Positions 1-10,792 are shown, numbered from the stretch's first letter. The stretch is DNA of 60,910 nucleotides from an uncultured Bacteroides sp. (GCA_964436925.1 CAYTFG010000002.1:1-60910); one strand, 5' to 3'. Program-made: numbers and translations. The notes: generated by a model not told the origin, from the sequence alone.

Positions 1-50
1 GTGCACGTCACCTTGCTCTTCTTCCCTATGTAACCGACATGATGAAATAA
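1..50 (+). CDS. rpsR: 30S ribosomal protein S18, 3' end (partial)
   Basis: Frame from nt 3 reads ARHLALLPYVTDMMK*, the typical S18 C-terminus, directly upstream of rplI (rpsF-rpsR-rplI order). Confidence 0.9.
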   Translation, partial: ARHLALLPYVTDMMK

Positions 51-76
51 TTTTAAAAGCTAAAGGACCATAATTT

Positions 77-520
77 ATGAAGATTATTCTCAAAGAAGAC
101 GTTTCAAACCTTGGATACAAGGATGATGTCGTAGAAGTAAAAAGTGGATATGGCCGTAACTACCTTATCCCCACCGGAAAAGCTGTTATCGCTACTCCTT
201 CAGCTCTTAAAGTACTTGCTGAAAACCAACGTCAACGTGCACACAAGCTTGCTAAGATTAAGGCAGACGCTGAAGCAACTGCAGCAGCACTCCAAGGTGT
301 TAGCTTGACCATCGGTGCTAAGACCAGCTCAACAGGTACTATCTTCGGTTCAGTTAACAACATCCAAATTGCTGAAGCTCTTGAAAAACTCGGTCACAAC
401 ATCGACCGCAAGGTTATCATCATCAAGGAAGCTGTTAAAGAACTTGGTAAGTACACAGCTACTATCAATCTTCACAAGGAAGTTTCAGTTGAAATTCCTT
501 TCGAAGTTGTTGCTGAATAA
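77..520 (+). CDS. rplI: 50S ribosomal protein L9
   Basis: [33 protein letters not shown]-terminal motif, IFGSV motif, strong high-expression codon bias. Confidence 0.98.
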   Translation: MKIILKEDVSNLGYKDDVVEVKSGYGRNYLIPTGKAVIATPSALKVLAENQRQRAHKLAKIKADAEATAAALQGVSLTIGAKTSSTGTIFGSVNNIQIAEALEKLGHNIDRKVIIIKEAVKELGKYTATINLHKEVSVEIPFEVVAE

Positions 521-573
521 TTACTGCTTGAATATTACAGGCTAATCTCTTAGGAGATAGCAACATATTCAAT

Positions 574-621
574 ATAACCACAGCGCTAATGACTGCAAAG
601 TTGTTAGCGCTGTGTCGTTAT
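574..621 (+). terminator. Stem-loop after the ribosomal protein operon (probable terminator)
   Basis: cacagcgctaa...ttagcgctgtg inverted repeat; U-tract is weak. Confidence 0.5.
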
Positions 622-752
622 AATCCCCTGCCATGAATAATTGCGTGTTATATATTGTTAAATATAAGGGGCTATGATTCAATATATAAAGATATTGGTG
701 TATTTTAGCTATTTGAAAAACTTGTTCATGATAACACGGTCTCAAATTTAGC

Positions 753-2198
753 ATGCTTGCAGTGATAACATATAATATTGCTTCTTGGATATATTGGAGC
801 CTGGTGATAATTTCCACGGTTACAACGATATCAATCATAGCTATTATAATTTCGGAGAATCGTAATCCATTGAAATCATTAGCATGGGTTACGGTGTTAT
901 TGTTGTTGCCTGTTTTGGGCATAATTCTGTATCTGTTCTTTGGTCGTTCAATCAAAAATACGCGTATGATTTCGCGTCGCAACAGGCGAAAGTTGAAAAA
1001 ACGTGACCAATTCAGGCAGATTGATATTCAGCGTCAGCAATTGTCAGAAGCAAGTAAACAAGGCGTGACCTTGGCTCGCTCATTGACCGGGGCAATCTAT
1101 TACACCGGCAATGATGTGAAGATATTCAACAATGGCAAGGATAAATTTGACGCACTGATAGCAGACTTGCGAGCAGCCGAGAACTCAATAAATCTGCAGT
1201 ATTATATTTTCGAAAACGATAATATAGGTCGTGAAATCCGCGAAATATTGATGCAAAAAGCACGCGCCGGAGTGACGGTGCGAGTAATCTATGACCATAT
1301 CGGATGTTTGAGAGTGAAGCGTGCATTTTTTAAAGAGATGCGTCGAGCCGGCGTTCAGGTCTATCCGTTTTTCAGAGTGTCATTCCCACCGTTTGCGACC
1401 AGAATAAATTGGCGAAATCACCGCAAAATAGTTGTAATTGATGGCAAAATCGGGTATGTCGGTGGAATGAATATCGCCGATAGATACATAGATGGCGGAA
1501 AATTTGACGTGTGGCGAGATATTCATGTGCGTCTAACCGGTCCGGCAATTGGAGGCCTGTTATATTCCTTTGCTGTCGATTGGAATTTCATGGGCCAACC
1601 GCTCATCAACGAACCAATGCCACCGGCTATTCACTCAACAATAGAGCCAACCATAGGCGTGCAGACAGTGACCAGCGGTCCAACGAGTCAATGGCGTAAC
1701 ATAGCCTTGATATTCCTGAATGCAATAGCAAATGCCAAGGATAGAGTATTCATCCAGACACCTTATTTTTTGCCCACCGAGTCACTGCTGAAGGCGCTCC
1801 AGAGCGCAGCATTGTCACGAGTGGATGTGCGCATTATGATACCGCGTAAAGGCGATTCCAATTTATTAAAATATGCGTCATTCTCCTATATCAGCGAATG
1901 TTTGCGGGCAGGGATAAAGTTCTATCTTTATGATGCCGGAATGTTGCATAGCAAAGTTGTCATTGTCGATGATGAATTTTCGACGATAGGGTCAACAAAT
2001 TTTGATTTTCGTAGTTTTGAACATAATTTTGAGAGTAATATACTGATTTATTCACCGGACATTAATAGAGATTTACGTCGTATTTTCTTTGAGGATTTGA
2101 AATCGAGTGTCAGAGTAACACCAACGACATGGCGCAAGCGACCATTCCTGAATAAATGCTATGAGTCAGTGTTGCGTTTATTAAGTCCAATACTTTAA
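753..2198 (+). CDS. cls: Cardiolipin synthase
   Basis: Two N-terminal TM helices and two PLD HKD motifs (NHRKIVVIDG, LHSKVVIVDD...GSTNFD). Confidence 0.95.
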   Translation: MLAVITYNIASWIYWSLVIISTVTTISIIAIIISENRNPLKSLAWVTVLLLLPVLGIILYLFFGRSIKNTRMISRRNRRKLKKRDQFRQIDIQRQQLSEASKQGVTLARSLTGAIYYTGNDVKIFNNGKDKFDALIADLRAAENSINLQYYIFENDNIGREIREILMQKARAGVTVRVIYDHIGCLRVKRAFFKEMRRAGVQVYPFFRVSFPPFATRINWRNHRKIVVIDGKIGYVGGMNIADRYIDGGKFDVWRDIHVRLTGPAIGGLLYSFAVDWNFMGQPLINEPMPPAIHSTIEPTIGVQTVTSGPTSQWRNIALIFLNAIANAKDRVFIQTPYFLPTESLLKALQSAALSRVDVRIMIPRKGDSNLLKYASFSYISECLRAGIKFYLYDAGMLHSKVVIVDDEFSTIGSTNFDFRSFEHNFESNILIYSPDINRDLRRIFFEDLKSSVRVTPTTWRKRPFLNKCYESVLRLLSPIL

Positions 2199-2217
2199 AG
2201 GTAACCAATTTTTATAC

Positions 2218-4719
2218 ATGAAAAAAATCTTACTAGGGGCAGTAGCTGCGATTATGGCAGTGTCAGCTCAGGCAAATGTTGTTATTAATGAAATAATGCA
2301 GTCCAATGTAGATTGCTATTTTCTGGACCATGAGTTCCCTGATTCGTGGGTGGAATTATATAACCCGTCATCCAGTTCTGTTTCAGTGAGCCAATGGAAA
2401 ATAGGCTTAAGCGAAAATGTATCAGAAGCGTGGAACATCGCCGTGTCAGGACTGAAAATCCCGGCAAAAGGCTACTTGTTGATATTTTGTGATAAGGTTG
2501 GCAATGGATTGCACACCGATTTCCGCTTAGACTCGGGAAAATCATCAGTGTATCTATTTGACGCATCGGGTAATGAGGTTGACAACATTAGCTTCAAGAA
2601 ACAACCGGCACCGAATATTGCTTATGGCCGTACAACCGACGGTGGCTCTACTTGGGCATACTTTATATCAGCCACTCCGGGGAAAACAAACGTGGGAACA
2701 ACGATAAAAAGCAATTCAACCGTTATGCCGGCACCGATTTTCAGTCATGACAGTTTTGTCTCGGTAGCGGGGAAAGATAGCTTTACATTGACAGTCTCAG
2801 TGCCATCTTCAGCGCCGTCAGATACAAAACTATGTGTCACTACCGACGGACGCGAACCGACAACCGATGATGTTGTTAACGGAACAGAGTGGAGCAAGCA
2901 AATCAGTACAAATACCGTTGTAAGAGCTAAGTTGATATCAACCCAAGCGCTTCCAATACGTTCAACAGTGCGTTCCTATATTTATCATCCCGAGGCAACA
3001 TCTTTACCTGTGTTTTCAATAGTGGGCGACCCTGATTATTTCTACAGCGATGCTGAAGGAATATTGATGGGTGAATGGGATGACAATGATGCGACAAAGC
3101 AAAACCCTAATTGGAACTATGACTGGCGACGCCCTGTGAATGTTGAATATATGAGCGGAGAGAAACACACAGAGGTTATCAATCAGCTCGGTGAAACTCG
3201 TATTCAAGGTGGATGGTCACGACGCAATGCTCAAAAATCGCTCGCATTATACGCAAATAAAAGATTCGGCACAAAGCGATTTGAAGGAGTCAAGTGGCGC
3301 GATAAACCTAATGTTACTGAAGTAAAATCATTTATTTTGCGTAACGGCGGAAATGGATTTGACGCAGCTCGCATACATGACCAATTGGGCCAAACAATTA
3401 TAGGCAGAAACTCATCAAATCTCGATTGGCAAGCCTATGAACCTGCAATCTACTACATTAACGGCAAGTACATGGGATTGACCGATGTGCGTGAGCGCAG
3501 TAATGAGGACTATGTGTTAGCTAATTATGGCTTGGAAGATATTGACGTTATTGAAAATTGGACCGACTTGAAAGAAGGCACAATCAGCGAATTCAATAAA
3601 TTTGTGACCTTCTACAATACATCAGGGATAACACTTGAGCAACTCAAAACCCAAATGGATGTTGATAACTTCCTGGATATGTTTGTTATCAAGGCGTTTG
3701 GCAATGATACCGATTTCCCCAACAACAATATTGAGTGTTGGCGTCAACAAGTGGAAACCGGTAAATGGCGTTGGATTCTTAAAGATATTGACCGAATAGG
3801 TATTCAGTGGATGAGCGGGCAAATTAATGATGACTACTGCACGTTTGTGGAAAATCTCATAAATTCAGCCGGTTCGTCAAAAAAATATTATAACCTCTTT
3901 AAGTTGTTCTATAGCACTATTCCCGAAGCTTATGAATTGTTTATTGACCGTATGGCTATCTATATGGGCGATTTCTTGCAGACATCCTATGCTCAGGGTC
4001 TTATCGATGAAATGATTGCCGAAATCCAGCCTGAATATTTGCGGCATCTCAATGTGTATTACCCCGATGTTACGTCAACTAACCATTGGAGATATAAAGA
4101 TACATGGGGCTGGCAAGGATATACCAAATATATGCGCGATACATGGTGGGAGACTCGTAGAACAAACGTGTACAATCATTTGCGCACACGTTACAGCTTG
4201 GGCAAACTGATTGCATTAAAAATAGCTCGAGAGGGGGCTTCGGTGTCGTTTAACGATATAAATTTGGCATTGGATGATTTTGACGGGAAATGGTATGCCG
4301 GTCGTACTATTAAACTTAAGACTGATGAGTCTCACGGTTTTAAGGTGACTGAGTACAATTCATTCTATCAGAAAACCGAGAATACATATAACACATCGAC
4401 CTTGCAATACACCCCGTCGTCTTACTTGTCATCAATTGCTATTGAAGTCGTAGAACGAGAAAGCGGTGTGGATGATGTAAATGCCGATAACTCACTGATT
4501 ACTATTGTTCAGAATGGTAATAGTGTTGACGTTGCATCTGCCGCCGGGCTTGAAAGCGTTGATGTCTATACACTTGATGGCCGTCTTGTTGCGTCAATGT
4601 CTCACCTCGGTGGACAAAGCAGCGTGACTGTTGATGATATTTTGTCGGCTAATGTGTATGTGATAAAGGTTGTTACGTCAGCCGGTACAACTCAAGTGCA
4701 GAAATTTTTAGCAGAATAG
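2218..4719 (+). CDS. Secreted CotH-kinase-family protein with lamin-tail domain and T9SS type A C-terminal domain
   Basis: Signal peptide; VVINEIM...DSWVELYN (LTD); RIQGGWSR, FILRNGGN, YINGKYMG, DFPNNN, WILKDID (CotH-like); C-terminal SGVDDV...VYTLDGR...VYVIKV...QKF. Confidence 0.8.
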   Translation: MKKILLGAVAAIMAVSAQANVVINEIMQSNVDCYFLDHEFPDSWVELYNPSSSSVSVSQWKIGLSENVSEAWNIAVSGLKIPAKGYLLIFCDKVGNGLHTDFRLDSGKSSVYLFDASGNEVDNISFKKQPAPNIAYGRTTDGGSTWAYFISATPGKTNVGTTIKSNSTVMPAPIFSHDSFVSVAGKDSFTLTVSVPSSAPSDTKLCVTTDGREPTTDDVVNGTEWSKQISTNTVVRAKLISTQALPIRSTVRSYIYHPEATSLPVFSIVGDPDYFYSDAEGILMGEWDDNDATKQNPNWNYDWRRPVNVEYMSGEKHTEVINQLGETRIQGGWSRRNAQKSLALYANKRFGTKRFEGVKWRDKPNVTEVKSFILRNGGNGFDAARIHDQLGQTIIGRNSSNLDWQAYEPAIYYINGKYMGLTDVRERSNEDYVLANYGLEDIDVIENWTDLKEGTISEFNKFVTFYNTSGITLEQLKTQMDVDNFLDMFVIKAFGNDTDFPNNNIECWRQQVETGKWRWILKDIDRIGIQWMSGQINDDYCTFVENLINSAGSSKKYYNLFKLFYSTIPEAYELFIDRMAIYMGDFLQTSYAQGLIDEMIAEIQPEYLRHLNVYYPDVTSTNHWRYKDTWGWQGYTKYMRDTWWETRRTNVYNHLRTRYSLGKLIALKIAREGASVSFNDINLALDDFDGKWYAGRTIKLKTDESHGFKVTEYNSFYQKTENTYNTSTLQYTPSSYLSSIAIEVVERESGVDDVNADNSLITIVQNGNSVDVASAAGLESVDVYTLDGRLVASMSHLGGQSSVTVDDILSANVYVIKVVTSAGTTQVQKFLAE

Positions 4720-4977
4720 TGCTGTAAAAAGCAGTGCTATAGCTAATATGGTAAAAATAATGCGTTGCGATGATGCTAATTTCAGGTCATCGCGACGTAT
4801 TTCTTTTATGCCAAAGACGGTTAGCAATAAGCCGATGCAGAAAATAATGTGAGTAATGTGTTGCCATTGAGCGCTTAACGAGCTGTATATGCCGGTAAAG
4901 CGGCACACAATTAAGACTACAAGCAAAGTTGCTAACAAGATGGTGTAGGTGACTATTTTTTTAGAGTTTGTTGACAT
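4708..4977 (-). CDS. Small membrane protein (about 3 TM), unknown function
   Basis: Three hydrophobic segments; ATG at 4977 lies downstream of a TACCTTTG -7 element (5020-5027, minus strand); convergent 12-bp overlap with the CotH gene. Confidence 0.6.
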   Translation of the reverse strand: MSTNSKKIVTYTILLATLLVVLIVCRFTGIYSSLSAQWQHITHIIFCIGLLLTVFGIKEIRRDDLKLASSQRIIFTILAIALLFTALFC

Positions 4978-5127
4978 TAGAAACAAAATGATTGAGGTTA
5001 GAACATGATGATTTCCGAGCAAAGGTAGTTTTTAGTTGCGAAATGGACAAGTAAAAATGAGCATTTTCATTGTGAGTGAGAGAATAAATCGGTAATTTTG
5101 TATAATACAAAAAGCGATATAAAAAGA

Positions 5128-5307
5128 ATGGAGAATCTCCCAAATGACCCAATGATGTTGCTCAGTTTCGTCAACATGAAATTGCGCGACAATTATTCCT
5201 CTCTCGATGCTCTTTGCGAAGACTTAAATATAGAGCGCCAAATTCTGGAAGCAAAATTGGCAGAAGCCGGCTTTGAATATGATGCTCAACACAATAAATT
5301 TTGGTAA
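5128..5307 (+). CDS. DUF4250-family small protein
   Basis: LPNDPMMLLSFVNMKLRDNYSSLDALCEDL...GFEYD...NKF signature; start moved to ATG 5128 because the TTG at 5098 lies inside the TAATTTTG promoter element. Confidence 0.85.
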   Translation: MENLPNDPMMLLSFVNMKLRDNYSSLDALCEDLNIERQILEAKLAEAGFEYDAQHNKFW

Positions 5308-5312
5308 TAACT

Positions 5313-7661
5313 ATGGATGCAAACTATCTTGATTTGCTTAATCCGCAGCAACAAGACGCAGTGACTTATCTAGACGGGCCGGAGTTGGTAATAGCCGGAG
5401 CCGGTTCGGGAAAGACACGCGTGTTGACATACAAAATCGTGCATTTGCTTGCTCACGGCTATGAACCGTGGCGAGTGATGGCGCTGACTTTTACCAATAA
5501 GGCAGCACGAGAAATGCGTGAGCGCATCGAGGCTTTAGTGGGCCCGAAAGTGTCATCGCGGTTGTGGATGGGTACATTCCACTCAATATTTTCTAAGATA
5601 TTGAGAACAAATGCCGAGAGAATTGGGTTTAAGCGCGATTTTACTATATATGACACATCCGACTCTAAGTCTTTGATAAAGAGTATTATTAAAGAAATGG
5701 ATTTGGACGATAAAGTGTATAAACCATCGGTGGTGATGTCGGCAATATCAACAGCCAAGAATGCGCTTGTATCCCCAAAAGCTTATGCGGCATCCAAGGA
5801 CGTCATTGAGGCAGATCGCCGTGCCAAGCGCCCGTTGTTATATCAAATATACGCCACATATCATCATCGTTGCTTCGTGTCGGGAGCAATGGACTTTGAT
5901 GATTTGCTATACTATACCAACGTTTTGCTCCGTGATAATCCTGACTTGCTTCACCATTATCAGGAGTATTTCAGATATATCTTGGTTGACGAGTATCAAG
6001 ATACCAACTTTGCGCAACACTTGATTGTGTCACAGTTGTGTGAAGGTTCACGCAATCTATGCGTTGTGGGTGATGATGCCCAAAGTATTTACTCGTTCCG
6101 CGGGGCAAACATTCGCAATATTCTCAATTTGCGTAAAGCTTATCCCGACTTGCAAACATTTAAGTTGGAACAAAATTACCGTTCGACTCAAAATATTGTA
6201 AATGCTGCTAATTCTTTGATTACAAAGAATATGGAGCAGATAAAGAAAGAAGTATTTTCCAAAAACGATGTGGGCTCACCCATTGAGGTGGTGCAGAGCT
6301 ATAGCGACTATGAAGAAAGTTTCTTGATTGCCAATAGAATTGCACAAGTGAAGATGCAAACACGCGACAGCTATGACGAATTTGCAATACTTTATCGCAC
6401 AAATGCTCAGTCGCGTATTCTTGAAGAATCACTGCGCAAGCGAAATATCCCATATCGCATATATGGAGGCTTGTCATTCTATCAGCGCAAGGAAATTAAG
6501 GATGCGATTGCTTACTTCCGTTTGGCAATAAATCCTAATGATGATGAGGCACTGCGACGCGTGATTAATTATCCGAGTCGAGGCATTGGCGAGACGACAA
6601 TCAACAAGGTTAACCGTGCTGCAATTGACCATCGTGTCTCTATGTGGGAGGTGCTGTTGAATCCTGAAAAATATGAGTTGAACGTAAACAAAGGTACTTT
6701 AAAAAAGACCGATGGATTTGTTGAACTAATAAGCGAATTTATCGAAAAAAATAACCGAGGCGAGAATGCCGAGGTTATGGCCAAGGAAATCATTGCCAAG
6801 ACTGCGCTGTTGAGCAGCTTGATGCACGACCGCACTCCCGAAAGCATTTCAAAGCAAGAAAACTTGCAGGAATTGCTCAGTGGCGTGAATAGTTTTGTCA
6901 CGGGCAAGCAGGAAGAAGAAGGCGATGATGCAGGGATTACATTAACCGACTTCCTCGGAGAAGTTTCGCTCGCTACCGACCAGGATAACAGCGATGACAC
7001 AAATGAGGAGAAGGTGACATTGATGACTGTTCATGCGGCCAAAGGCTTGGAGTTCTCTAACGTGTTTATCGTGGGTGTTGAGGAGGAACTATTCCCCTCG
7101 GCCATGGCTCAAACTATGCAAGAAGTTGAAGAGGAACGACGACTGTTGTATGTCGCTATTACTCGAGCCAAGAATTTCTGCTTGATATCTTATGCGTCAT
7201 CTCGATTTAGAAACGGACAAACAAAGGCTTGTTCGCCATCGCGATTCTTGCGTGAAATTGATAAAAGATACTTGCGATTGACCACCGGTAGCCAAATAGG
7301 AGGAACTCAAGGAATGACCAATCCTGTTGAAAAGTATCGTCAATCCTATCATTCATCATCCTCGCCGCGTCAAAGTTATGGCCGAGAAGATTACACTGAA
7401 AAGGTTGTGCCGTCGCGCACCGTCTTTGTGAAGCCATCGTCTTCACCGGTAAATTTCAACAACCAAACCGGTAGTGACAAGTATGCAATCCACACACTCA
7501 ATGAAGTGAGTGAGGGGATGATAATCGAACACCCTCGTTTTGGCGAAGGTGAGATTGTGAATATTGACAGCAGTCGAGCCGATGCTAAAATTGTGGTTAA
7601 CTTTAAGACTGAAGGTCAAAAGATATTACTTTTAAAATTTGCCAAATTCAATATTATATAA
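5313..7661 (+). CDS. uvrD: UvrD/PcrA ATP-dependent DNA helicase
   Basis: AGAGSGKT Walker A, TFTNKAA, VDEYQD, VGDDAQSIY, EERRLLYVAITRA, C-terminal HPRFGEG Tudor-like domain. Confidence 0.95.
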   Translation: MDANYLDLLNPQQQDAVTYLDGPELVIAGAGSGKTRVLTYKIVHLLAHGYEPWRVMALTFTNKAAREMRERIEALVGPKVSSRLWMGTFHSIFSKILRTNAERIGFKRDFTIYDTSDSKSLIKSIIKEMDLDDKVYKPSVVMSAISTAKNALVSPKAYAASKDVIEADRRAKRPLLYQIYATYHHRCFVSGAMDFDDLLYYTNVLLRDNPDLLHHYQEYFRYILVDEYQDTNFAQHLIVSQLCEGSRNLCVVGDDAQSIYSFRGANIRNILNLRKAYPDLQTFKLEQNYRSTQNIVNAANSLITKNMEQIKKEVFSKNDVGSPIEVVQSYSDYEESFLIANRIAQVKMQTRDSYDEFAILYRTNAQSRILEESLRKRNIPYRIYGGLSFYQRKEIKDAIAYFRLAINPNDDEALRRVINYPSRGIGETTINKVNRAAIDHRVSMWEVLLNPEKYELNVNKGTLKKTDGFVELISEFIEKNNRGENAEVMAKEIIAKTALLSSLMHDRTPESISKQENLQELLSGVNSFVTGKQEEEGDDAGITLTDFLGEVSLATDQDNSDDTNEEKVTLMTVHAAKGLEFSNVFIVGVEEELFPSAMAQTMQEVEEERRLLYVAITRAKNFCLISYASSRFRNGQTKACSPSRFLREIDKRYLRLTTGSQIGGTQGMTNPVEKYRQSYHSSSSPRQSYGREDYTEKVVPSRTVFVKPSSSPVNFNNQTGSDKYAIHTLNEVSEGMIIEHPRFGEGEIVNIDSSRADAKIVVNFKTEGQKILLLKFAKFNII

Positions 7662-7673
7662 ATTTGTAATAAT

Positions 7674-8825
7674 ATGAAAGTCAACGAAATACCAACCCCC
7701 GCATATGTTGTCTATGAAGATAAATTGCGTCGAAATCTTGAGCTTATAAGCCGAGTTAAGAAAGAAGCCGGAGTGAATATTATCATGGCTTTCAAGGCTA
7801 ACGCATTGTGGAAAACATTTCCCATAATACGCGAATATTGCACAGCCTCAACAGCTAGTTCGCTTAATGAAATGAAGCTTGGACGTGAGTATCTTGGCGA
7901 TGATGTTCACACCTATTGTCCTGCATATACGCCTGAAACAATAGGGGAGTACTTGGCCGGTTCAAGTCACATAACATTTAATTCATTGACTCAGTATCAG
8001 CGATTTAGCGATGATGTTAAGCGCCATAATGCTGTGGCGGGCAATCGCCGTGTATCGCCGGGCTTGCGCGTAAATCCGCAATGTTCGGTAATCGAAACAG
8101 ATTTATATAATCCCGCCTTACCGGGGTCACGATTTGGCGTAACTGCCGATATCATCGGTGATAAATTGCCCGAAGGTCTCGAAGGCTTACATTTTCATGC
8201 ACTTTGTGAGTCAACGAGCTATGACTTGGAGAAGGTTTTGACCGCATTTGAAGAACAATATGGCCACTTATTGCCACAAGTGAAGTGGGTGAACATGGGA
8301 GGCGGACATCTCATGACTCGTGAAGGTTATGATGTGGAACATCTCATCGGTTTGCTCAAGGCATTTAAGTCACGTTATCCGTGGCTGGAAGTGATTATGG
8401 AGCCGGGAAGCGCATTTACTTGGCGCACAGGTGATTTATTGACAACAGTTGTTGATGTTGTTGAAAATCAAGGTATAAAGACAGCAATTATTGATGCGTC
8501 TTTTGCTTGCCACATGCCCGACACTCTTGAAATGCCTTATCAACCCATTATCACCGAGGCTATTGAGCCTAACGAAAAATATCCTACATATCGCTTGGGC
8601 GGGAACTCTTGCTTGAGCGGAGATTACAAAGGCGATTGGACATTTGCCGAGCCCTTAAAAATTGGTGATAGATTGACTCTTGAAGACATGAATCACTACA
8701 CCACCGTTAAGACGACAATGTTCAATGGTATTCAACATCCATCAATCGTGCTATGCCATCATGACGGGTCATGTGAATACCTCCGCCAATATACTTATGA
8801 AGACTATAAAACAAGAATGAGTTAA
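7674..8825 (+). CDS. nspC: Carboxynorspermidine decarboxylase
   Basis: PTPAYV, GLHFHALCE, VNMGGGH, HMPDTLEMPY, YTTVKTTMFNG motifs. Confidence 0.93.
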   Translation: MKVNEIPTPAYVVYEDKLRRNLELISRVKKEAGVNIIMAFKANALWKTFPIIREYCTASTASSLNEMKLGREYLGDDVHTYCPAYTPETIGEYLAGSSHITFNSLTQYQRFSDDVKRHNAVAGNRRVSPGLRVNPQCSVIETDLYNPALPGSRFGVTADIIGDKLPEGLEGLHFHALCESTSYDLEKVLTAFEEQYGHLLPQVKWVNMGGGHLMTREGYDVEHLIGLLKAFKSRYPWLEVIMEPGSAFTWRTGDLLTTVVDVVENQGIKTAIIDASFACHMPDTLEMPYQPIITEAIEPNEKYPTYRLGGNSCLSGDYKGDWTFAEPLKIGDRLTLEDMNHYTTVKTTMFNGIQHPSIVLCHHDGSCEYLRQYTYEDYKTRMS

Positions 8826-8838
8826 TACATAAACACTT

Positions 8839-9837
8839 ATGCCTCAATTTTCAATAATAATACCGGTCTATAACCGTGTTGATGAAGTCCAAGAGCTGCT
8901 TGAAAGTCTTGCAAATCAGTCATGTAAAGACTTTGAAGTAGTCATCGTGGAAGACGGTTCATCATTGCCATGCGAAGACATTTGCCGTCAATATCGTGAT
9001 AAAATAGAAGTTTCTTACTATTACAAGGAGAACGAAGGTCGCTCAATAGCAAGAAATTACGGGTTGGAACGTGCCAAAGGTGATTATTTCATCTTCTTTG
9101 ACTCGGATTGTGTCATTCCCGCCCAATACATCGAGACGCTGAAGAAAGAGTTGGCTAAAAATCCGTTGGATTGCTTTGGCGGACCTGATTCAGCCCATGA
9201 GTCTTTTTCAACTACACAAAAAGCTATCAATTACTCGATGACCTCGTTTTTGACCACAGGCGGAATACGCGGTGGAAAGATAAGTTTGGAAAAATTTGTA
9301 CCGCGCACGTTTAATATGGGCTATTCAAGAGCGGTATATGAGAAAGTTGGGGGATTTAGAGAAATGTTTTCAGAGGATATTGACATGTCTACACGCATTC
9401 GCCAAGCAGGCTTCTCAATCGGCCTATTCCCTGAAGTGTTTGTGTATCACAAGCGTAGAGTCGATTTCAAGAAATTTTTCCGCCAAGTCTATGTGTTCGG
9501 AATGTCACGTATAACCTTGAAATTGTTATATCCTGATTCACTGAAGATTGTGCATTTGTTGCCTGCAGCATTTGTGATTGGTTCATTAGCTTTGATATTG
9601 CTGGGAATATTCGTTTCATGGTGGTTTATATTGCCGCTTGTGGCTTATTTGCTGGCAATCTTTGTAACGGCATTGATATCAACCGGTTCGCCGTTGATAG
9701 CGATTAAGGCAGTGCCGGCGAGCATCATTCAGCTTGGTGGCTATGGCTGTGGATTTATAAAAGCATTTTTCTTGAAGATAATATTGAGACGCGGTCGCAA
9801 TGTCGAGGAAGAAATAGCGATGCGCAAGGGTAAATAA
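8839..9837 (+). CDS. Glycosyltransferase family 2 with C-terminal TM helices
   Basis: FSIIIPVYN, VEDGS, FFDSD (DxD), EDIDM motifs. Confidence 0.9.
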   Translation: MPQFSIIIPVYNRVDEVQELLESLANQSCKDFEVVIVEDGSSLPCEDICRQYRDKIEVSYYYKENEGRSIARNYGLERAKGDYFIFFDSDCVIPAQYIETLKKELAKNPLDCFGGPDSAHESFSTTQKAINYSMTSFLTTGGIRGGKISLEKFVPRTFNMGYSRAVYEKVGGFREMFSEDIDMSTRIRQAGFSIGLFPEVFVYHKRRVDFKKFFRQVYVFGMSRITLKLLYPDSLKIVHLLPAAFVIGSLALILLGIFVSWWFILPLVAYLLAIFVTALISTGSPLIAIKAVPASIIQLGGYGCGFIKAFFLKIILRRGRNVEEEIAMRKGK

Positions 9838-9839
9838 CG

Positions 9840-10559
9840 ATGAATAAGTTTGATGTATCTGATACCGAGATAGTTAAGGGCCCACTTATTGCAAATATGG
9901 ACAAAAGCGAGCGTCCTCGTGAGAAAATGCTTCATCAAGGCATTGATTCACTGAGCGATGCCGAGCTTTTAGCGCTGCTGTTTGGGACCGGCATACAAGG
10001 CAAATCGGTTGTTGACCTCAGTGAGGAGATTTTGAGAGACAATAATTATGAGCTGTCGCGCATATTGAAGTTGTCGGTAGCCGAAATACGTGCTCGTTAC
10101 AAAGGAATAGGTGAGGTCAAGGCAATAACACTCAAGGCCGCACTTGAACTTGGTCAGCGAGCAGCCAAAGAAGCTCCGCGCATCAAGTCTATCACTTCAA
10201 GCGATGATATTTACAACCTCATGAAAGGCCGATTGGAATGGCTGGATAATGAAGAAATATGGGTGCTATATCTGAATCGAGCCAATCGTGTGATATATGA
10301 GCAAAAGCACACCTCCGGCGGTATTTCACAGTCAGTTGCCGATATAAAAATGATACTGAAAGGCGCCATAGAGCACCTGGCATCGGGCATAATATTGGTT
10401 CACAATCATCCGTCGGGCAATGCCAAGCCAAGTAATGAAGATAACCGTTTGACGGCCAAATTGAAGGATGCGGCTAAACTTGTTGACGTAAATCTTCTTG
10501 ACCATGTTATAATTTATCCCGGAGGCCATTTCTCCTATCTAAATGAAGGAATGCTCTGA
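9840..10559 (+). CDS. radC: RadC / JAB-domain protein (UPF0758)
   Basis: RPREKML..G..SLSDAELLA, GIGEVKA, HNHPSG...PS.ED, LLDHVII. Confidence 0.93.
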   Translation: MNKFDVSDTEIVKGPLIANMDKSERPREKMLHQGIDSLSDAELLALLFGTGIQGKSVVDLSEEILRDNNYELSRILKLSVAEIRARYKGIGEVKAITLKAALELGQRAAKEAPRIKSITSSDDIYNLMKGRLEWLDNEEIWVLYLNRANRVIYEQKHTSGGISQSVADIKMILKGAIEHLASGIILVHNHPSGNAKPSNEDNRLTAKLKDAAKLVDVNLLDHVIIYPGGHFSYLNEGML

Positions 10560-10578
10560 TAGTGGTGTAATTATAAAA

Positions 10579-10610
10579 TTTGCACACTAAATAAATATTT
10601 TGTAAATTTG
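10579..10610 (+). promoter_or_regulatory. Bacteroidetes sigmaA promoter of the B12 operon
   Basis: TTTG (10579) - N20 - TAAATTTG (10603-10610), matching the -33/-7 consensus. Confidence 0.75.
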
Positions 10611-10624
10611 CCAAGTTTTTAGAA

Positions 10625-10792
10625 AATAGTTGGTTCGTGTAAAAACGATTAAAAGGGAATCGAGTGAAAATCTCGGACAGTCCCGCTGCTGTGAATCTCG
10701 TAATTCAAAACACCTTTAGCCACTGACTGAGCAAGAGCGCAGACGTTGGGAAGGCGGTGTAAATGAGAGATAAGTCAGAAGACCTGCCAATA
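10625..10792 (+). ncRNA. Cobalamin (B12) riboswitch
   Basis: Conserved elements in order: GGT...TTAAAAGGGAATCGAGTGAAAATCTCGGACAGTCCCGCTGCTGTGA...GCCACTG...TGGGAAGGC...AAGTCAGAAGACCTGCC (B12 box), in the leader of a TonB-dependent receptor. Confidence 0.95.

Noticed and set aside
569-982. 137-aa minus-strand ORF
   Set aside because: Antisense to the cls 5' end and runs through a terminator-like hairpin; no recognisable motif
9840-10559. radC as a marker of a mobile element
   Set aside because: Full-length chromosomal type with the N-terminal HhH region, in a housekeeping operon; no integrase or att sites nearby
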